A stretch of DNA of 54,056 nucleotides, taken from contig JAPKYC010000300.1 in assembly GCA_026394505.1 (NCBI GenBank), forward strand, positions 1-54,056, given 5' to 3'. Made by a program: the position numbers and the translations under genes. This DNA is from Methanothrix sp. Lineage in GTDB: Archaea; Halobacteriota; Methanosarcinia; Methanotrichales; Methanotrichaceae. The notes beneath the pieces were generated by a model. It saw nothing but the letters and a program-made list of their open reading frames with translations. It ran no database searches and was not told the DNA's origin. This document shows, in pieces, positions 18,176-28,942 of this stretch; the first letter of the stretch is position 1; each line of letters opens with the position of its first letter.

Positions 18176-20479
18176 TCATTCCTTCCGGATGATCCAGAAC
18201 CACATCTCGAAGTCACCACCGCGCTTGCCGTCGCCACTGGGCAGGATGAGATTATTGGACGTCTCGCGGTCAGGCGTTCCAAAGGCCTCTCCATCCAGGT
18301 AGTATCTCCTGGGCGGATTTTCTGACCAAATAAAATTGCCTTTGAGAATCAGACGGGCTAGTAGGCAATCGCCAATCTCATCTTTACGCATCAGATCTAG
18401 CAGCCTATTCAGCCAAGGAATCGTTATATTCGTTGGTTTCCATATGAAGCCATTATCAATAGGCACTATAGAACTATTCAAGACAATTTGCTGGAATCCA
18501 ATTAGTTTATTACCCCATAATTCCCGGTCGACGTTATTTATGGGAAACGGCATATCTATCGTTAAAAAGAATGGCGCTCGGCTTGGCGTTTGCATATTTA
18601 GCTTCTCATTAGAATCGTCTAGGTAAAATAATATTTTTATGCCCTCACGTAGTTCGTCAGGAAACACCGTACCATCATTGAGCAAAGGTCGTTCACCTGG
18701 TACACCTATTGATATCCTGTTGATGCGAATGCGAGGCTCTCCTCTGCATAGATTGGTGATTGCCTCCTGGACGGTCTTTACCCGGGACATGCTTGGACAC
18801 TCCTTTGGATCAAAGGAGACATCAGAGGCTATGCTGAGGTTGGCGTTGAAGAATATGGGCAGACCCAACTGATTATTGTTCTTATCCCTTAATGTGGCAG
18901 TTAATCGTCCCGGTTTTGAAGTTCCCAACGTCCATGTACACCTGGCTATGCCGTCTGGCCCGGTAAACGTATCCGATTTAATGCTATCACCGCTGCTGCC
19001 CTTATCCTCCAGCTCAAACTTGACAGGGGCATTGGCCACCGGCAGTCCTCCATTTGCTACTCCTACCTGAAGCTCTTCTGGGAGTTCGCAGCCAGGCATG
19101 GCCTCCTGGCCATCTCCTCCCACATAAAACATGCTTATCATTCCGGTGAGTGGTGGAAAGACGCGCCGACAATCGATTGTTTTCCCTATTGCCTTTTTCA
19201 ATCGTGGATCAAAGCTCCAATTTATCATAGCCAGCCTGCAATAGTGGTGAATTATGCCCATGGGTGGCGCCTTCACCAGATCATCCACTTTGCCAGTGGT
19301 TGTGCGTGCTGCGAAGACCCAGTAATCACCAGTCTTGAAGTTGCCACCCGAGAATTGAATCCTTATTCCATCCTCCAGCTCCAGGTCTATTGGGGCTGCG
19401 GCAGTGACGAAAATGGCATCGCTCTTCTGGTCCCATCTGCGGACCTTGGGGTGAATATCAATATTCTTCTCTAAGTATTCTGTTTTTCTACTTGCATATT
19501 TTGAAATGTCCTTGCTCAAGATAACAGTCAGAGTTGAATCATCAATATCCTCCTTGACCTCCGCCATGATTCCTGGCTTGCCTGATAACTCATCCACATC
19601 ATCCAGAACTTCGACCCAGTCTCCCTTGTGCAGAGTAAGTATCTGGTCTCTTCCCAGGCGCTTCAGAGAAAATCTATAATAATCATTTGCATCAAACTCA
19701 GAGATGGGAAAGGCAACAGATCCGTTATCTCTTGACCACTTGAATGTGGCCCCGCCTTGTTTTCCTCCCTCATGGATCTCCACCCGGTAAAGGCGGTTTT
19801 CAATGCCAATGTAGCCCCCAGACTGCCCAATCTCACATGGACGCTTGGGATCTTTTGAAGGAACCACATTTACAGTAAGTTGGCCGCCACTGGGTTTTAT
19901 TAGATTATTCCATTTATTACTATCACTATGGCAATCACTGACTTCCGCACCTTCCAGGATCTTCACCTGCCATACAGTTCTTACACGGGTAGTGGTATCC
20001 GGTCCACCCAGCGCCTCCTCTCGGATTTCTGGATCCTCTATTGTGGTGATATGGCGCTGCCACACCTCCAGATACACCAGATCAGTGCGGTTGCCTGTTG
20101 TTGGTGGCTTAATCTTTCGCGGATTCGGACAGTCGGGCTGATTATAATAAGAAATAGGATTTGCTGGATCGTCATCCAGCTCGCAGAGAATGCCATCTAC
20201 ATAAATCCTGCCTGGAGATATTCCCAGATCAGTGATCTTGTCGGGTTTTATTGCATCTTTTTTGGGTGATATCTTAAAGCCGCCCCCCCCTGTTCCATCT
20301 ACATTCTTTGGAACGCCCGAAGAGCCGATGAGGTCTTTAGACTCCTTTTCAATTCGGTTCTGGACGATTTCAGCTTGCTCATTCCAATCGGCATCCAGAT
20401 CGACTCTTCCTTGCTGCCTGAGAACTCTGGTGTAATGTTTCTTGGATTTGTAAGTAAACCTCGTGAAGTCTCCCTTCAT
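18176..20479 (-). CDS. DUF6519 eCIS baseplate/fibre-like protein with an Ig-like domain
   Basis: MKGDFTR...VLRQQGRVDLDADWNEQ, GRIYVDGILCE, ENRLYRVEIH, FKWSRDNGS, GDYWVFAART; Ig-like YVGGDGQ...TGPDGIARCTWTLG. Confidence 0.88.
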   Translation of the reverse strand: MKGDFTRFTYKSKKHYTRVLRQQGRVDLDADWNEQAEIVQNRIEKESKDLIGSSGVPKNVDGTGGGGFKISPKKDAIKPDKITDLGISPGRIYVDGILCELDDDPANPISYYNQPDCPNPRKIKPPTTGNRTDLVYLEVWQRHITTIEDPEIREEALGGPDTTTRVRTVWQVKILEGAEVSDCHSDSNKWNNLIKPSGGQLTVNVVPSKDPKRPCEIGQSGGYIGIENRLYRVEIHEGGKQGGATFKWSRDNGSVAFPISEFDANDYYRFSLKRLGRDQILTLHKGDWVEVLDDVDELSGKPGIMAEVKEDIDDSTLTVILSKDISKYASRKTEYLEKNIDIHPKVRRWDQKSDAIFVTAAAPIDLELEDGIRIQFSGGNFKTGDYWVFAARTTTGKVDDLVKAPPMGIIHHYCRLAMINWSFDPRLKKAIGKTIDCRRVFPPLTGMISMFYVGGDGQEAMPGCELPEELQVGVANGGLPVANAPVKFELEDKGSSGDSIKSDTFTGPDGIARCTWTLGTSKPGRLTATLRDKNNNQLGLPIFFNANLSIASDVSFDPKECPSMSRVKTVQEAITNLCRGEPRIRINRISIGVPGERPLLNDGTVFPDELREGIKILFYLDDSNEKLNMQTPSRAPFFLTIDMPFPINNVDRELWGNKLIGFQQIVLNSSIVPIDNGFIWKPTNITIPWLNRLLDLMRKDEIGDCLLARLILKGNFIWSENPPRRYYLDGEAFGTPDRETSNNLILPSGDGKRGGDFEMWFWIIRKE

Positions 20480-20494
20480 ACTCTTCCTCCAAAA

Positions 20495-23080
20495 TCAAGT
20501 TACGTAAATGATTCCTGCTTCCAAACCAAAGGGCAGATACTCCTCCAGCCTGATGCGCAGATTGGCCTCCCTCTGGGGTTGCAACAGACTGCCAAATGCC
20601 CCCATCTCCGAGCCATCCTCAGCTCCTGTCCTGATCTCCTGTGCGCAGTTCTGGCTGAGCTGGGCATAAGCGGGATTGCCGTAACGAACCGAGGTGAAAG
20701 AAGGCCTCATTCGAGCATAGACAGCCTTTATCTCATCCTCTTTAAGTTCTCCTTTTATCTCTTTAGCCGCGTCCAATGCCATGTCAGGCTGGCAGTGATA
20801 TCGGCGGGGCGTCTTTGAATTCTCCGGAACATAGCTGAAACGGACGCATCCTGCCTGCTGCCTCTCGGAATGCACAATATCTGTAAATATCACGTCGCAA
20901 GCCAGCCTCAACTCTTTAACATGGACCTTGCCAAAGACCGTAACGCGTTCAAGACTTGCTTGTGGGCCTGGTTGATCTTTTCCGCCAGAGACGGTTGCAG
21001 GCTTGGACTGACCGATGGAAGTCGATGCCAAGCTTGACCCTGGGGTATTCAGAAGATCGACGAGTTTCAGCTCCTCGGCAGTCGTCTTATCAGTCTCTGT
21101 GGTCTCAATGGCAACTAAGCTTGGGACTCCAGGCATAATTACTAGGTTGACATCAACTGCATCTACCCGTGTCTTTCTAAAAGCTGGACTGGAGTGTGCC
21201 TCTCTGATGGCAGCCTGAAGGAGGGATCGAGCTTCTTCAATATCAGCCACTATTCTATGCTTGAATTCGGCCAGAAAAGGCCCTTCCTTGCCAATAGTTA
21301 CATTTACTGCTGGTGAATCTGAGCTAATCGTCGGCCAGGGCGAAAGGATTCCAGAGACCAGTGCAACAGGTGGCTTAACGCTGCCTGCGTTGATATTTCC
21401 AGTGATCCCTCCGTCGATGATGCTATCTATCGCCGTAAGCTCCACCATTCCTGAGGGAAGGGCCAGCGATCCCACAATGCTGTGATCGATAAGCAGATGC
21501 AAATTGGTGCATTCATCCTCGACCCTTATGCTCGCCTCATTAGGGCTCTTCGGCTTCCCGTCTTCACGTAGACCTAGCCCTGGAACCAGAGTGCCGTGTA
21601 CGATATTCAAATTTTCCAGGCTGCCCTTGACATGAATAGCTCCTTCTATCAATAATCCATTTAGCGTCAGCTCCGCTCCAGAGTCTGCGGCGATATTGAG
21701 AATGCCGTCGTTCTTAAGCTTAAGGTGCGGCCGTTTTCTATTATCCGCCCTGATGGCCAGCCATTTTTTCTCTGGCAATTTCAGAGATATACTCTCTTCA
21801 TAGGTGGCATTATCTAAGATGGTAATAACGAATTTGCATTTATCATCCTTGGATGCTTTCTCCCATTCCTCTAATGCTTTTTGAAGAGTCTTAAATTGGA
21901 ATTTGCCCAGTCCATATTTAGAGACCAAAATCTCATTTATTTTCTCAGGTTCAATGTCAACATAAAGAGTGTCGTTGATAATATTAATAGAGTCTCTGCG
22001 CTCATAGGGGCCGCCGCCCAGGTCCGCACTGAAGCCATAGTTGTAATAGACCCCTACATCCCCCTTCGGCTCGTCGCCGCATGAAAAAGTGATGCGTCCC
22101 ATCTTTACATCGACCGCGACCTTTTTGCCGTCCGCTGTTATAGATGGTGGCCTGTCCCAGTTGCTCAGGTCCTGGGATACAATAGCTGTCGAAGGCACGC
22201 CCTCTCCATCCTTAACAATGTATAGACTGTGATTGGCTTCATAATAGTCGTCAATTCTGGGGCCGAAGGCCATGGGCCGGATCGGCCCTGGCAGGTTGAT
22301 CTCCCTGGACAGCCCGGCCTCATCAGTCTCTGGCTCATGCTTGTTGAAGATGGGAGCGGTGTTTCCCAGGGGGCTGAAGTGATAACCGTAGGCGTGAGGA
22401 GGTTCAGACTGGCGCGCTTTGATCAAATCATGAGGCTTCCCATCCGAAGGGTCTCCGACGATTCCTACAGGATAGTCTCTGAGCCTCCAGAAGAAGAATC
22501 CTATCTTGCGAATGCCATACCATCCCTCCGTGCGGCCGATACTGCGAACATCCACAGAGTGGCTAATGATATCTAAAGGACTATCTAGGAGATCCAGGGC
22601 ATCAAGATTGCGTAAGTTGACGGTTCCAACCCGGTCCACAGCGCTAGGATCAGAGTCCCCAGGATTTGGTGCTATTTCGTATCGCTGATGGTTGAGGTTC
22701 TGCGTCCAGCCCAAGAGTTCGAAGAAAGGAACAATATGTGCCCCCCAGCCCGTCACATCCCTGGCCATCTCCTCCAGCATGGGAAGCGTGCCCTTTCTCC
22801 TGCGATAGTAGATGGTCTTCGCCACATCAGCCCTGCGCCGAGCGCCTACCTCATGGAGCGGATTGTTGCCCACCAGATCGGCAATATAAGGAATAACCCA
22901 CTCACGACAGGTCTCTATGAAGAAGTCGTCCCAGAGACCGTCTATGTCCTTCTTTATTATATCCGCCTGCTCTGAGATTATATCAAGAAGGCCTTTCAGC
23001 TTATAGCCCTCCTTTTCATCTCTCAGCCGGTAGGCGACCGGCAAGAGTTCGTACAGGTCGATGGCCTTCTTTCGGTTCAT
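20495..23080 (-). CDS. eCIS baseplate wedge / phage tail I-like protein
   Basis: LYELLP..YR.RD, FIETCREWVIPYIADLVG, RRKGTL..LE; C-terminal GCVRFSYVP..S.TPRRY.CQP, YAQL, GSEMGAF, RLEEYLPFG. Confidence 0.82.
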   Translation of the reverse strand: MNRKKAIDLYELLPVAYRLRDEKEGYKLKGLLDIISEQADIIKKDIDGLWDDFFIETCREWVIPYIADLVGNNPLHEVGARRRADVAKTIYYRRRKGTLPMLEEMARDVTGWGAHIVPFFELLGWTQNLNHQRYEIAPNPGDSDPSAVDRVGTVNLRNLDALDLLDSPLDIISHSVDVRSIGRTEGWYGIRKIGFFFWRLRDYPVGIVGDPSDGKPHDLIKARQSEPPHAYGYHFSPLGNTAPIFNKHEPETDEAGLSREINLPGPIRPMAFGPRIDDYYEANHSLYIVKDGEGVPSTAIVSQDLSNWDRPPSITADGKKVAVDVKMGRITFSCGDEPKGDVGVYYNYGFSADLGGGPYERRDSINIINDTLYVDIEPEKINEILVSKYGLGKFQFKTLQKALEEWEKASKDDKCKFVITILDNATYEESISLKLPEKKWLAIRADNRKRPHLKLKNDGILNIAADSGAELTLNGLLIEGAIHVKGSLENLNIVHGTLVPGLGLREDGKPKSPNEASIRVEDECTNLHLLIDHSIVGSLALPSGMVELTAIDSIIDGGITGNINAGSVKPPVALVSGILSPWPTISSDSPAVNVTIGKEGPFLAEFKHRIVADIEEARSLLQAAIREAHSSPAFRKTRVDAVDVNLVIMPGVPSLVAIETTETDKTTAEELKLVDLLNTPGSSLASTSIGQSKPATVSGGKDQPGPQASLERVTVFGKVHVKELRLACDVIFTDIVHSERQQAGCVRFSYVPENSKTPRRYHCQPDMALDAAKEIKGELKEDEIKAVYARMRPSFTSVRYGNPAYAQLSQNCAQEIRTGAEDGSEMGAFGSLLQPQREANLRIRLEEYLPFGLEAGIIYVT

Positions 23081-25587
23081 GGACGTTCCTTCCAAATTCC
23101 CACATCATCTGGTTCAAGATCGATAACAGCTATCTCTTTGGGATAGACGAAGAGATGATCCTGAACCAGATCTGCATTCTCTTTGTCACCCTCTTTATGG
23201 AACTTAACACCGCGACGCTTCAGATCTGTCAGATAATCCCTAAACATGAGCTCAATAATCCTTACTGCTTGCGCTCCCTCTACCTTCTGGAGCAGGGAGT
23301 ATATATCGCTCAAGTGAACAGGCCTTCCGAGGTCTTGATTCTGAAAAGAAAAGTAATCCTTGAGGGATTCTATTGCCTTCATCCTCACTTTTTCTTCATC
23401 ATAATCGACCTTTGCCATTATCTCTGTCACCACCTTTATTTTCACCTCATCGTAATCCTCCACTCTAAGAGCGCGGTTTAAATCCCGACGGGCATTCAAG
23501 TACTCCATAAGAGACTTCTTTGTAGCAGGATCGATCTTTTTATTATCCCCTGCTACAATCAGATTAACCAGCTGTTTCTCTCCATCCCACTTCCGGCTGG
23601 CTCTGGCTTTAGCTACACCAGGATACTCCCTGGCTGCATCCTCAAAGTCCCTGAGAGACACTATGCGCTCGAAAGTGCGAACTGTATTGGGCGCATTGCG
23701 TCTGGCATCCTTCAAAGATTCGGGATCGTCGCCACCTGCCGCATCAGCCGGATTGGTTACACTTTTAAGGCCGACAGGACGGTCGAGAAGGGTAGTGAGT
23801 GTTCTGGGCTTCACATTGCCTTCTCGGCCCAGGCCCTGGCGATAGCTGGCTACAATATTATTGCGACCAGTGGGAAGGCGGGCACCATTTATGCCATCGC
23901 CAAAATGTACAGTCATTTTGCCTTCGGCATCCATCGAGGTGGTGTAGATTCGCTCCTTAGGCTCGCAGCCATAGAAATTCCTTTTCTCGTGCCACTCCAC
24001 TCCATCTACTCTCAACTTCAGGGTGCTGGCAGAACCATGAAGCTTTCCAGAATCCGGAACAAAAGTAACCCGAGGTTTGTTTGGCGAAAAGGATTGGAAA
24101 ATATTGGATGAATCGCCATCGCCCATAATTTCGTTCTTTATTTTTTCGCCGTGAGTCGCTCTTCCAATATTGCCGTAGATACGCACCGTCTCAATCTTAT
24201 ATGTCTTTTTTAGATCATCTTTTAGATCCAAAGAGGTTTGCATTTTTTCACTGTCATTATCGACCCGATCTACCTGAGCTACTTCAATTCCAGGATCGTT
24301 AGAGCCATCAGCCGTTTCTCCTGTCAAGATCAAATTGCGACCTGCTTCCAGATCCGGATAGTACCCGTCTAAAACCAATCTCTTCCCTGCATTCAGATTT
24401 TTGATTCGCGACTCCGCCAGCACTAATGGTTCGCTCTGCGCCATTATGAAAGTCTCTTGCACCGGGAAATAACTGAGATTTTCGCCTTCGACAGTCAACC
24501 TGCTTACCTTGGAGTTGAGCATATACCCAGAATGAGTTGTCTCAATTACGTCTTTGACTTTGTATATCTCCACATATTTTTGATAATCCGTCTTCTTCGG
24601 GTTCGTTGTTATCAGAGCGATCCAGCTCTCCGGACTGATAGTATTATATACACTATCCAGAAAAATATTTTTATCTTCAGACAGCTTGTCATCCTTCCAG
24701 TCGGTTTGAGGCCTTAGATCCGTTGGCATGAAATTCCAATCTGGAGCATTAAACCCAAAGGGCCATGTCTGTAGTCTAAAGACAAATAATTCAGGTAAAG
24801 ATGGTGGCTTTGCATACTTATCGCCAAGTCCCTTTTTCCATTTAATTGTCGTGGTCTTATTTTGTGAATCAACCTGAACATCCGTTATTCTTCGGACATC
24901 CCAATTTTCATTGGCCGGGTCATTACTCCTCTCCTTTCCAACTACCAATATGTAATTTCCCACAGCAATACCATTATTGATACCTTTCACTATAGCTTCA
25001 ACAGAACCCGCTCCCAGGATAAATGGCTCAACTGTATGCAAACGTATCTCGTTTAAGCTGCCAAAAGCCTTTATCGGCACTGAAGTCTCGAACTTCTGAG
25101 GCTTCTCGTTTTGACCGGGAACGCTCTGAATGCGCAGCCCCTCCGGAATCACAACCTCTTTTCCCTTATCCGCAGTGAAGGCAAGCTGGGCAGTAGCAGC
25201 CATTCCCGGTCCTGGCTTGTAGTCCAGGAGCGCCGCCATCTGCAGAACCGACTCAAAATGCAGGGCTGTTCTCAGGAATGCTTCGTTGGCTATGCGCTCC
25301 TGGTAGAAGGTCAGGATGTCTGCCAGATAAGCCCACATCTCTATGAGAGCGATGCTATAGTCGTCACTGCTGCGGGAAGTCAGTTCTTTGAGAAGGTATG
25401 CCTCCCTGCCATCAACCTCGAACTTCAATCCTATGGCATCAATCATCGCCTGGCGGAAGCTGGCATAGGTCCCTACGCGATAGCTTATCGCAGAGATGCC
25501 AGGAAGATTCCTGATCTCTTCAGGGGTAGCAGGAACTGGCGCCTGGCAGCATCCACAGGTATCCCTTGGGATATCTTTTAAGCTCAT
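23077..25587 (-). CDS. Baseplate J-like assembly protein
   Basis: YRVGTYASF, DILTFYQERIANEAFLRTA, LLDYKPGPG, FGDG.NGARLPTG..N..A.YRQGLG..GNV, RIVSLRDFE. Confidence 0.9.
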   Translation of the reverse strand: MSLKDIPRDTCGCCQAPVPATPEEIRNLPGISAISYRVGTYASFRQAMIDAIGLKFEVDGREAYLLKELTSRSSDDYSIALIEMWAYLADILTFYQERIANEAFLRTALHFESVLQMAALLDYKPGPGMAATAQLAFTADKGKEVVIPEGLRIQSVPGQNEKPQKFETSVPIKAFGSLNEIRLHTVEPFILGAGSVEAIVKGINNGIAVGNYILVVGKERSNDPANENWDVRRITDVQVDSQNKTTTIKWKKGLGDKYAKPPSLPELFVFRLQTWPFGFNAPDWNFMPTDLRPQTDWKDDKLSEDKNIFLDSVYNTISPESWIALITTNPKKTDYQKYVEIYKVKDVIETTHSGYMLNSKVSRLTVEGENLSYFPVQETFIMAQSEPLVLAESRIKNLNAGKRLVLDGYYPDLEAGRNLILTGETADGSNDPGIEVAQVDRVDNDSEKMQTSLDLKDDLKKTYKIETVRIYGNIGRATHGEKIKNEIMGDGDSSNIFQSFSPNKPRVTFVPDSGKLHGSASTLKLRVDGVEWHEKRNFYGCEPKERIYTTSMDAEGKMTVHFGDGINGARLPTGRNNIVASYRQGLGREGNVKPRTLTTLLDRPVGLKSVTNPADAAGGDDPESLKDARRNAPNTVRTFERIVSLRDFEDAAREYPGVAKARASRKWDGEKQLVNLIVAGDNKKIDPATKKSLMEYLNARRDLNRALRVEDYDEVKIKVVTEIMAKVDYDEEKVRMKAIESLKDYFSFQNQDLGRPVHLSDIYSLLQKVEGAQAVRIIELMFRDYLTDLKRRGVKFHKEGDKENADLVQDHLFVYPKEIAVIDLEPDDVGIWKERP

Positions 25588-28010
25588 TTTCCACCCAGCA
25601 TATTCAGTCTCAGAACACCATTCTCAGGAAAGTTTCGATCGTTATTCATTTGCACTATCTCCAGGCGGCCCAGAGGAATTCTACCGGATTTCAGGTCGCT
25701 CTTTGAGGGCTTTCCATAACGCTGAAATATCTTGACCATCGCGAAATCCACCCCATCTATGGCCTCCATGGCATGGTAGAGCTGGCTTATATACAGCGGC
25801 TGGCCGAAGGTGAAGTTGTCGGGATGAAAGAAGCCCAAACTGCCGTCTGGATTTATCTGATCGCTGAGGGCAAAACGCAGCGCCTCCTCGACATTGCTTC
25901 TGAAGTAATCCCGGTCCACACAGATATCGAACTCTATTTCCAGGGGCACGTAGATGGGACCATCTATCTCAATATCATATCCTGCCTGAGAATAGCTGGC
26001 GATCCACTCCTTTAACTCATTTTTTAGTTTGAAGTCAACTTCCTCGATGCGGCGAGGATCGACAGTGACAAAGACTGTATGCCAGCTCCCTGTCCACCTG
26101 AAGGTTGCAATCGCTTTGGAGATCTTAGGATGTCTCTCAGCAATGCGGGCATAATCCTCCTCTGTGACCGCCCTGCACAGCTCTGCATGGAAGGCAGCGG
26201 GGGCAATCAGTTTCGCCTTCTCCATGGGCTCCGGATCCATCCCACCCCAGGCAGGAAGAGGATTGCTTAAAGAGGATATATCCGGGAAATTTTCGCAATT
26301 CTCAGGCTTTATAATATGAGCAAATGATCCTGGCCCAACGTTGCCGATCCTTCCCACGCCCACCCTGTAGGTGATGCTTATGCTACTATCAGACTTGTTA
26401 GATCTATTATATGTTGGAGCCATGCCGTACTCTCCGTCACCGAAGCGAATCGCGGCGCGGCCTTCGCTATCATTCTCTACAACGAAGTGGGGATCAAAAG
26501 GCCCGCTATTCAATAGATTAGGCATAACAGGACTCCAGTCCTGTAAGGCCATCTTTAACTCAACGATTTGCGGCTTTGCCTTATGTGGATCAAGTTCCAT
26601 TAGCTGGCTCACAGAGCTTTCATTATCAGGCTCAATGCGAAAGCTGAGAGGCCCCTCATTGAGGCGAATGCCGTGGGCTCGCCGTTGAACCTCGTGTGCA
26701 GGCGCCTCGGGCCCTGGATGGCTCTCTGCCTTCCCGACCTCGCAGCCGTGATCTGCAAGCACTAGATTGCCTCGGGCTATACTTGCTGAGGTAATAAGCT
26801 CGCCATTCCGCAAAAAGGATATACAGAGAGGAAACTGCAGCCTGTCAGCGTCATCCCAGGTGACTCTTGTTATATCGGCCTGTGAATCCTTTAGCTTCTG
26901 CGGCTCCTCTTTGATCATCACAACCTGTCGCCGCCTCAAATTGGCATCCTCTTTCTGTCCCGTCTCCAGTCCTTTCACCTCTTCAAAGAGGAGAAAATCG
27001 CCTTTGTGCAGGACTTCAGTCAAATCGCCCGCTAAGTCTGCTGAAGTCGCACCGCGAGGCAGGCAGCATCTTTCATCGCCCCATGTGTGGATCTGGATCT
27101 CATTTAGGATCTCGTGGAGGTGGACATCCCTCATCGTCTCGAAGACAACATTGGCAGTACAGATCGCTTGCTTCTTCTTCTCCAGGTCGGCAAGAATCAC
27201 GGACCCAGGAGGGCTTGTCTCAGAACCTAAAGGCCTGTCGATTTGTGTTAGCACCTGGGTTCCCTTGGGCAGGAGTCCTTTCTTGATCACGGCAAAATGA
27301 ATAAAGGCACGAGCGCTGGCTCCATCGTGCATTCGATAGTCTATGAGGTTTGCATGCCTGCGAACAGAGATGCGTTGGCGGGCGGTCTTCAGATAGGCCT
27401 CATTGGCAACTGCGTCCTGATAGTAGCTCAGTTGATCTGCAGCATAAGCCAGTAGCTCCAGAAGCGTAATTCCCAGGTCTGCCTCATGCCTCTCCGTCCA
27501 GTCCGGCACAAGCGATGGTATTAAGTCTATCAGTGCCTGGCGAAAGCTCGCATAGTCCTTGGCCATGTAATCTATGAGAGGCTCCATTCGTCTCTCCTTT
27601 GGACAGAGCTGGCCTGGCCTGCAATCCAGATGACTGAAGCAGCCTTGCTTGAAGCTGAAATTGCACTGGCAGTACACCGGATCCAGGCTACTAATGGTAA
27701 GCGTGTAAAGGGAGAAATCGCCTGGTTTATCTACTTCGACTATGAGGTGTTTATCCTCTTGACGTCCTCCCTGAATTTTGATATCCCTAATTCGAACTCC
27801 GCCGGAGATCCGGATCAGCTTTTGTATCTGCGCAGGTAGATCCTGCTGGTTCTCGAACTCCTCTGGCAGAGCATCATTGAGGAAAAAGACTTTGATCTCT
27901 CTTTGGGATTCCAGGCTTTCAGCCGACACCTCGATGTAATCAATGCCTATGATATTCTTTTCTAATCTGCGTTTCTCGCTTTCGCAATAGAGATCTCGGT
28001 TATGCACCAT
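25584..28010 (-). CDS. Baseplate J-like assembly protein
   Basis: GIDYIEV, GDFSLYTL, IDYMAKDYASFRQ, LSYYQDAVANEAYL.TAR, FGDGEYG, RAVTEEDY, WTGSW. Confidence 0.9.
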   Translation of the reverse strand: MVHNRDLYCESEKRRLEKNIIGIDYIEVSAESLESQREIKVFFLNDALPEEFENQQDLPAQIQKLIRISGGVRIRDIKIQGGRQEDKHLIVEVDKPGDFSLYTLTISSLDPVYCQCNFSFKQGCFSHLDCRPGQLCPKERRMEPLIDYMAKDYASFRQALIDLIPSLVPDWTERHEADLGITLLELLAYAADQLSYYQDAVANEAYLKTARQRISVRRHANLIDYRMHDGASARAFIHFAVIKKGLLPKGTQVLTQIDRPLGSETSPPGSVILADLEKKKQAICTANVVFETMRDVHLHEILNEIQIHTWGDERCCLPRGATSADLAGDLTEVLHKGDFLLFEEVKGLETGQKEDANLRRRQVVMIKEEPQKLKDSQADITRVTWDDADRLQFPLCISFLRNGELITSASIARGNLVLADHGCEVGKAESHPGPEAPAHEVQRRAHGIRLNEGPLSFRIEPDNESSVSQLMELDPHKAKPQIVELKMALQDWSPVMPNLLNSGPFDPHFVVENDSEGRAAIRFGDGEYGMAPTYNRSNKSDSSISITYRVGVGRIGNVGPGSFAHIIKPENCENFPDISSLSNPLPAWGGMDPEPMEKAKLIAPAAFHAELCRAVTEEDYARIAERHPKISKAIATFRWTGSWHTVFVTVDPRRIEEVDFKLKNELKEWIASYSQAGYDIEIDGPIYVPLEIEFDICVDRDYFRSNVEEALRFALSDQINPDGSLGFFHPDNFTFGQPLYISQLYHAMEAIDGVDFAMVKIFQRYGKPSKSDLKSGRIPLGRLEIVQMNNDRNFPENGVLRLNMLGGK

Positions 28011-28019
28011 GCTCCTCCT

Positions 28020-28394
28020 CTATATTTCACCCAGAGGTGCAGCGAACTGTTCTTTATGCTTCTCGCCTGAGTCCAGCCTGGTATAGGCCACATCCACAAT
28101 CATGCGATGCTCCTGGTTCTCAATCTTAACCCACTCTATGGTTATCACATCGGATAGCCAGCGTAAAAGAGCACCTTGAACCAAAAATTGAGTCGCAGTC
28201 GCCAGCACATCGCTGTTGGGCATAAAAACCAGTTGCATTAAGCCGCAGCCGAAGTCGGGTCTGTTGACCCGTTCTCCTGGGCTGGTAAAAAGAATCTGAA
28301 AGATCATATCCTTCACGTGATCATCAAGATTGGTGACTGCAGTACGGCCTTTGCTATCGAAATGAAAAGGGTAGTCGAGGTAATATGAGTTCAT
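28020..28394 (-). CDS. GPW/gp25 baseplate protein
   Basis: YPF, QILFTSPGERVNRPDFGCGL. Confidence 0.95.
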   Translation of the reverse strand: MNSYYLDYPFHFDSKGRTAVTNLDDHVKDMIFQILFTSPGERVNRPDFGCGLMQLVFMPNSDVLATATQFLVQGALLRWLSDVITIEWVKIENQEHRMIVDVAYTRLDSGEKHKEQFAAPLGEI

Positions 28395-28411
28395 GATTCA
28401 ACTTCCAGGTT

Positions 28412-28921
28412 TTATTTTAATTCAAATACGGCAAACGCAACGTATCCGTTCCCATCGTGAGCCTCAACCAAGTGATAGCCTTTGGCAGCTTCTCCTGGCG
28501 GCATAAATGTAAATTGGAACTTTCCATTTATTCCATTCATTGCATGGATGTTTTTTGGACTATCCCATATCAAGGTGACATTAGTAGAGCTTGTTGGGAA
28601 GAAATTTGCATCAGCAGTCACATTTGTATTAATATCGCCAGATGATGGGGTTAGCTTAAGAGTAGGCGACTCAATATGGACGAGTTGCGCCGAATATAGG
28701 CCCGTGAAGGTGTTTGTGAATTCTTTTTCATTGTCCTTCAAGTAATCAAGCAGACCCTGAGCGATAGCTGCAAACAGAATCCTCCTATCAGCCTTCCCTG
28801 TTTCAGGCAGCAATTCACCTTTAACTGCCAGCCATTCCAATTTAAGGGCATTCTCTATCGATTCTGCAAGGCTGTCCTTAAATGATGAGTCGGGAGTTGA
28901 TGAACCTGCCTTAAGTGTCAT
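28412..28921 (-). CDS. Hypothetical eCIS protein between spike and gp25
   Basis: GGAGG RBS; helical N-half (DRRILFAAIAQG), Ig-like C-half; no PAAR motif. Confidence 0.7.
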   Translation of the reverse strand: MTLKAGSSTPDSSFKDSLAESIENALKLEWLAVKGELLPETGKADRRILFAAIAQGLLDYLKDNEKEFTNTFTGLYSAQLVHIESPTLKLTPSSGDINTNVTADANFFPTSSTNVTLIWDSPKNIHAMNGINGKFQFTFMPPGEAAKGYHLVEAHDGNGYVAFAVFELK

Positions 28922-28942
28922 TCACCTAAATCCTCCTATTCT

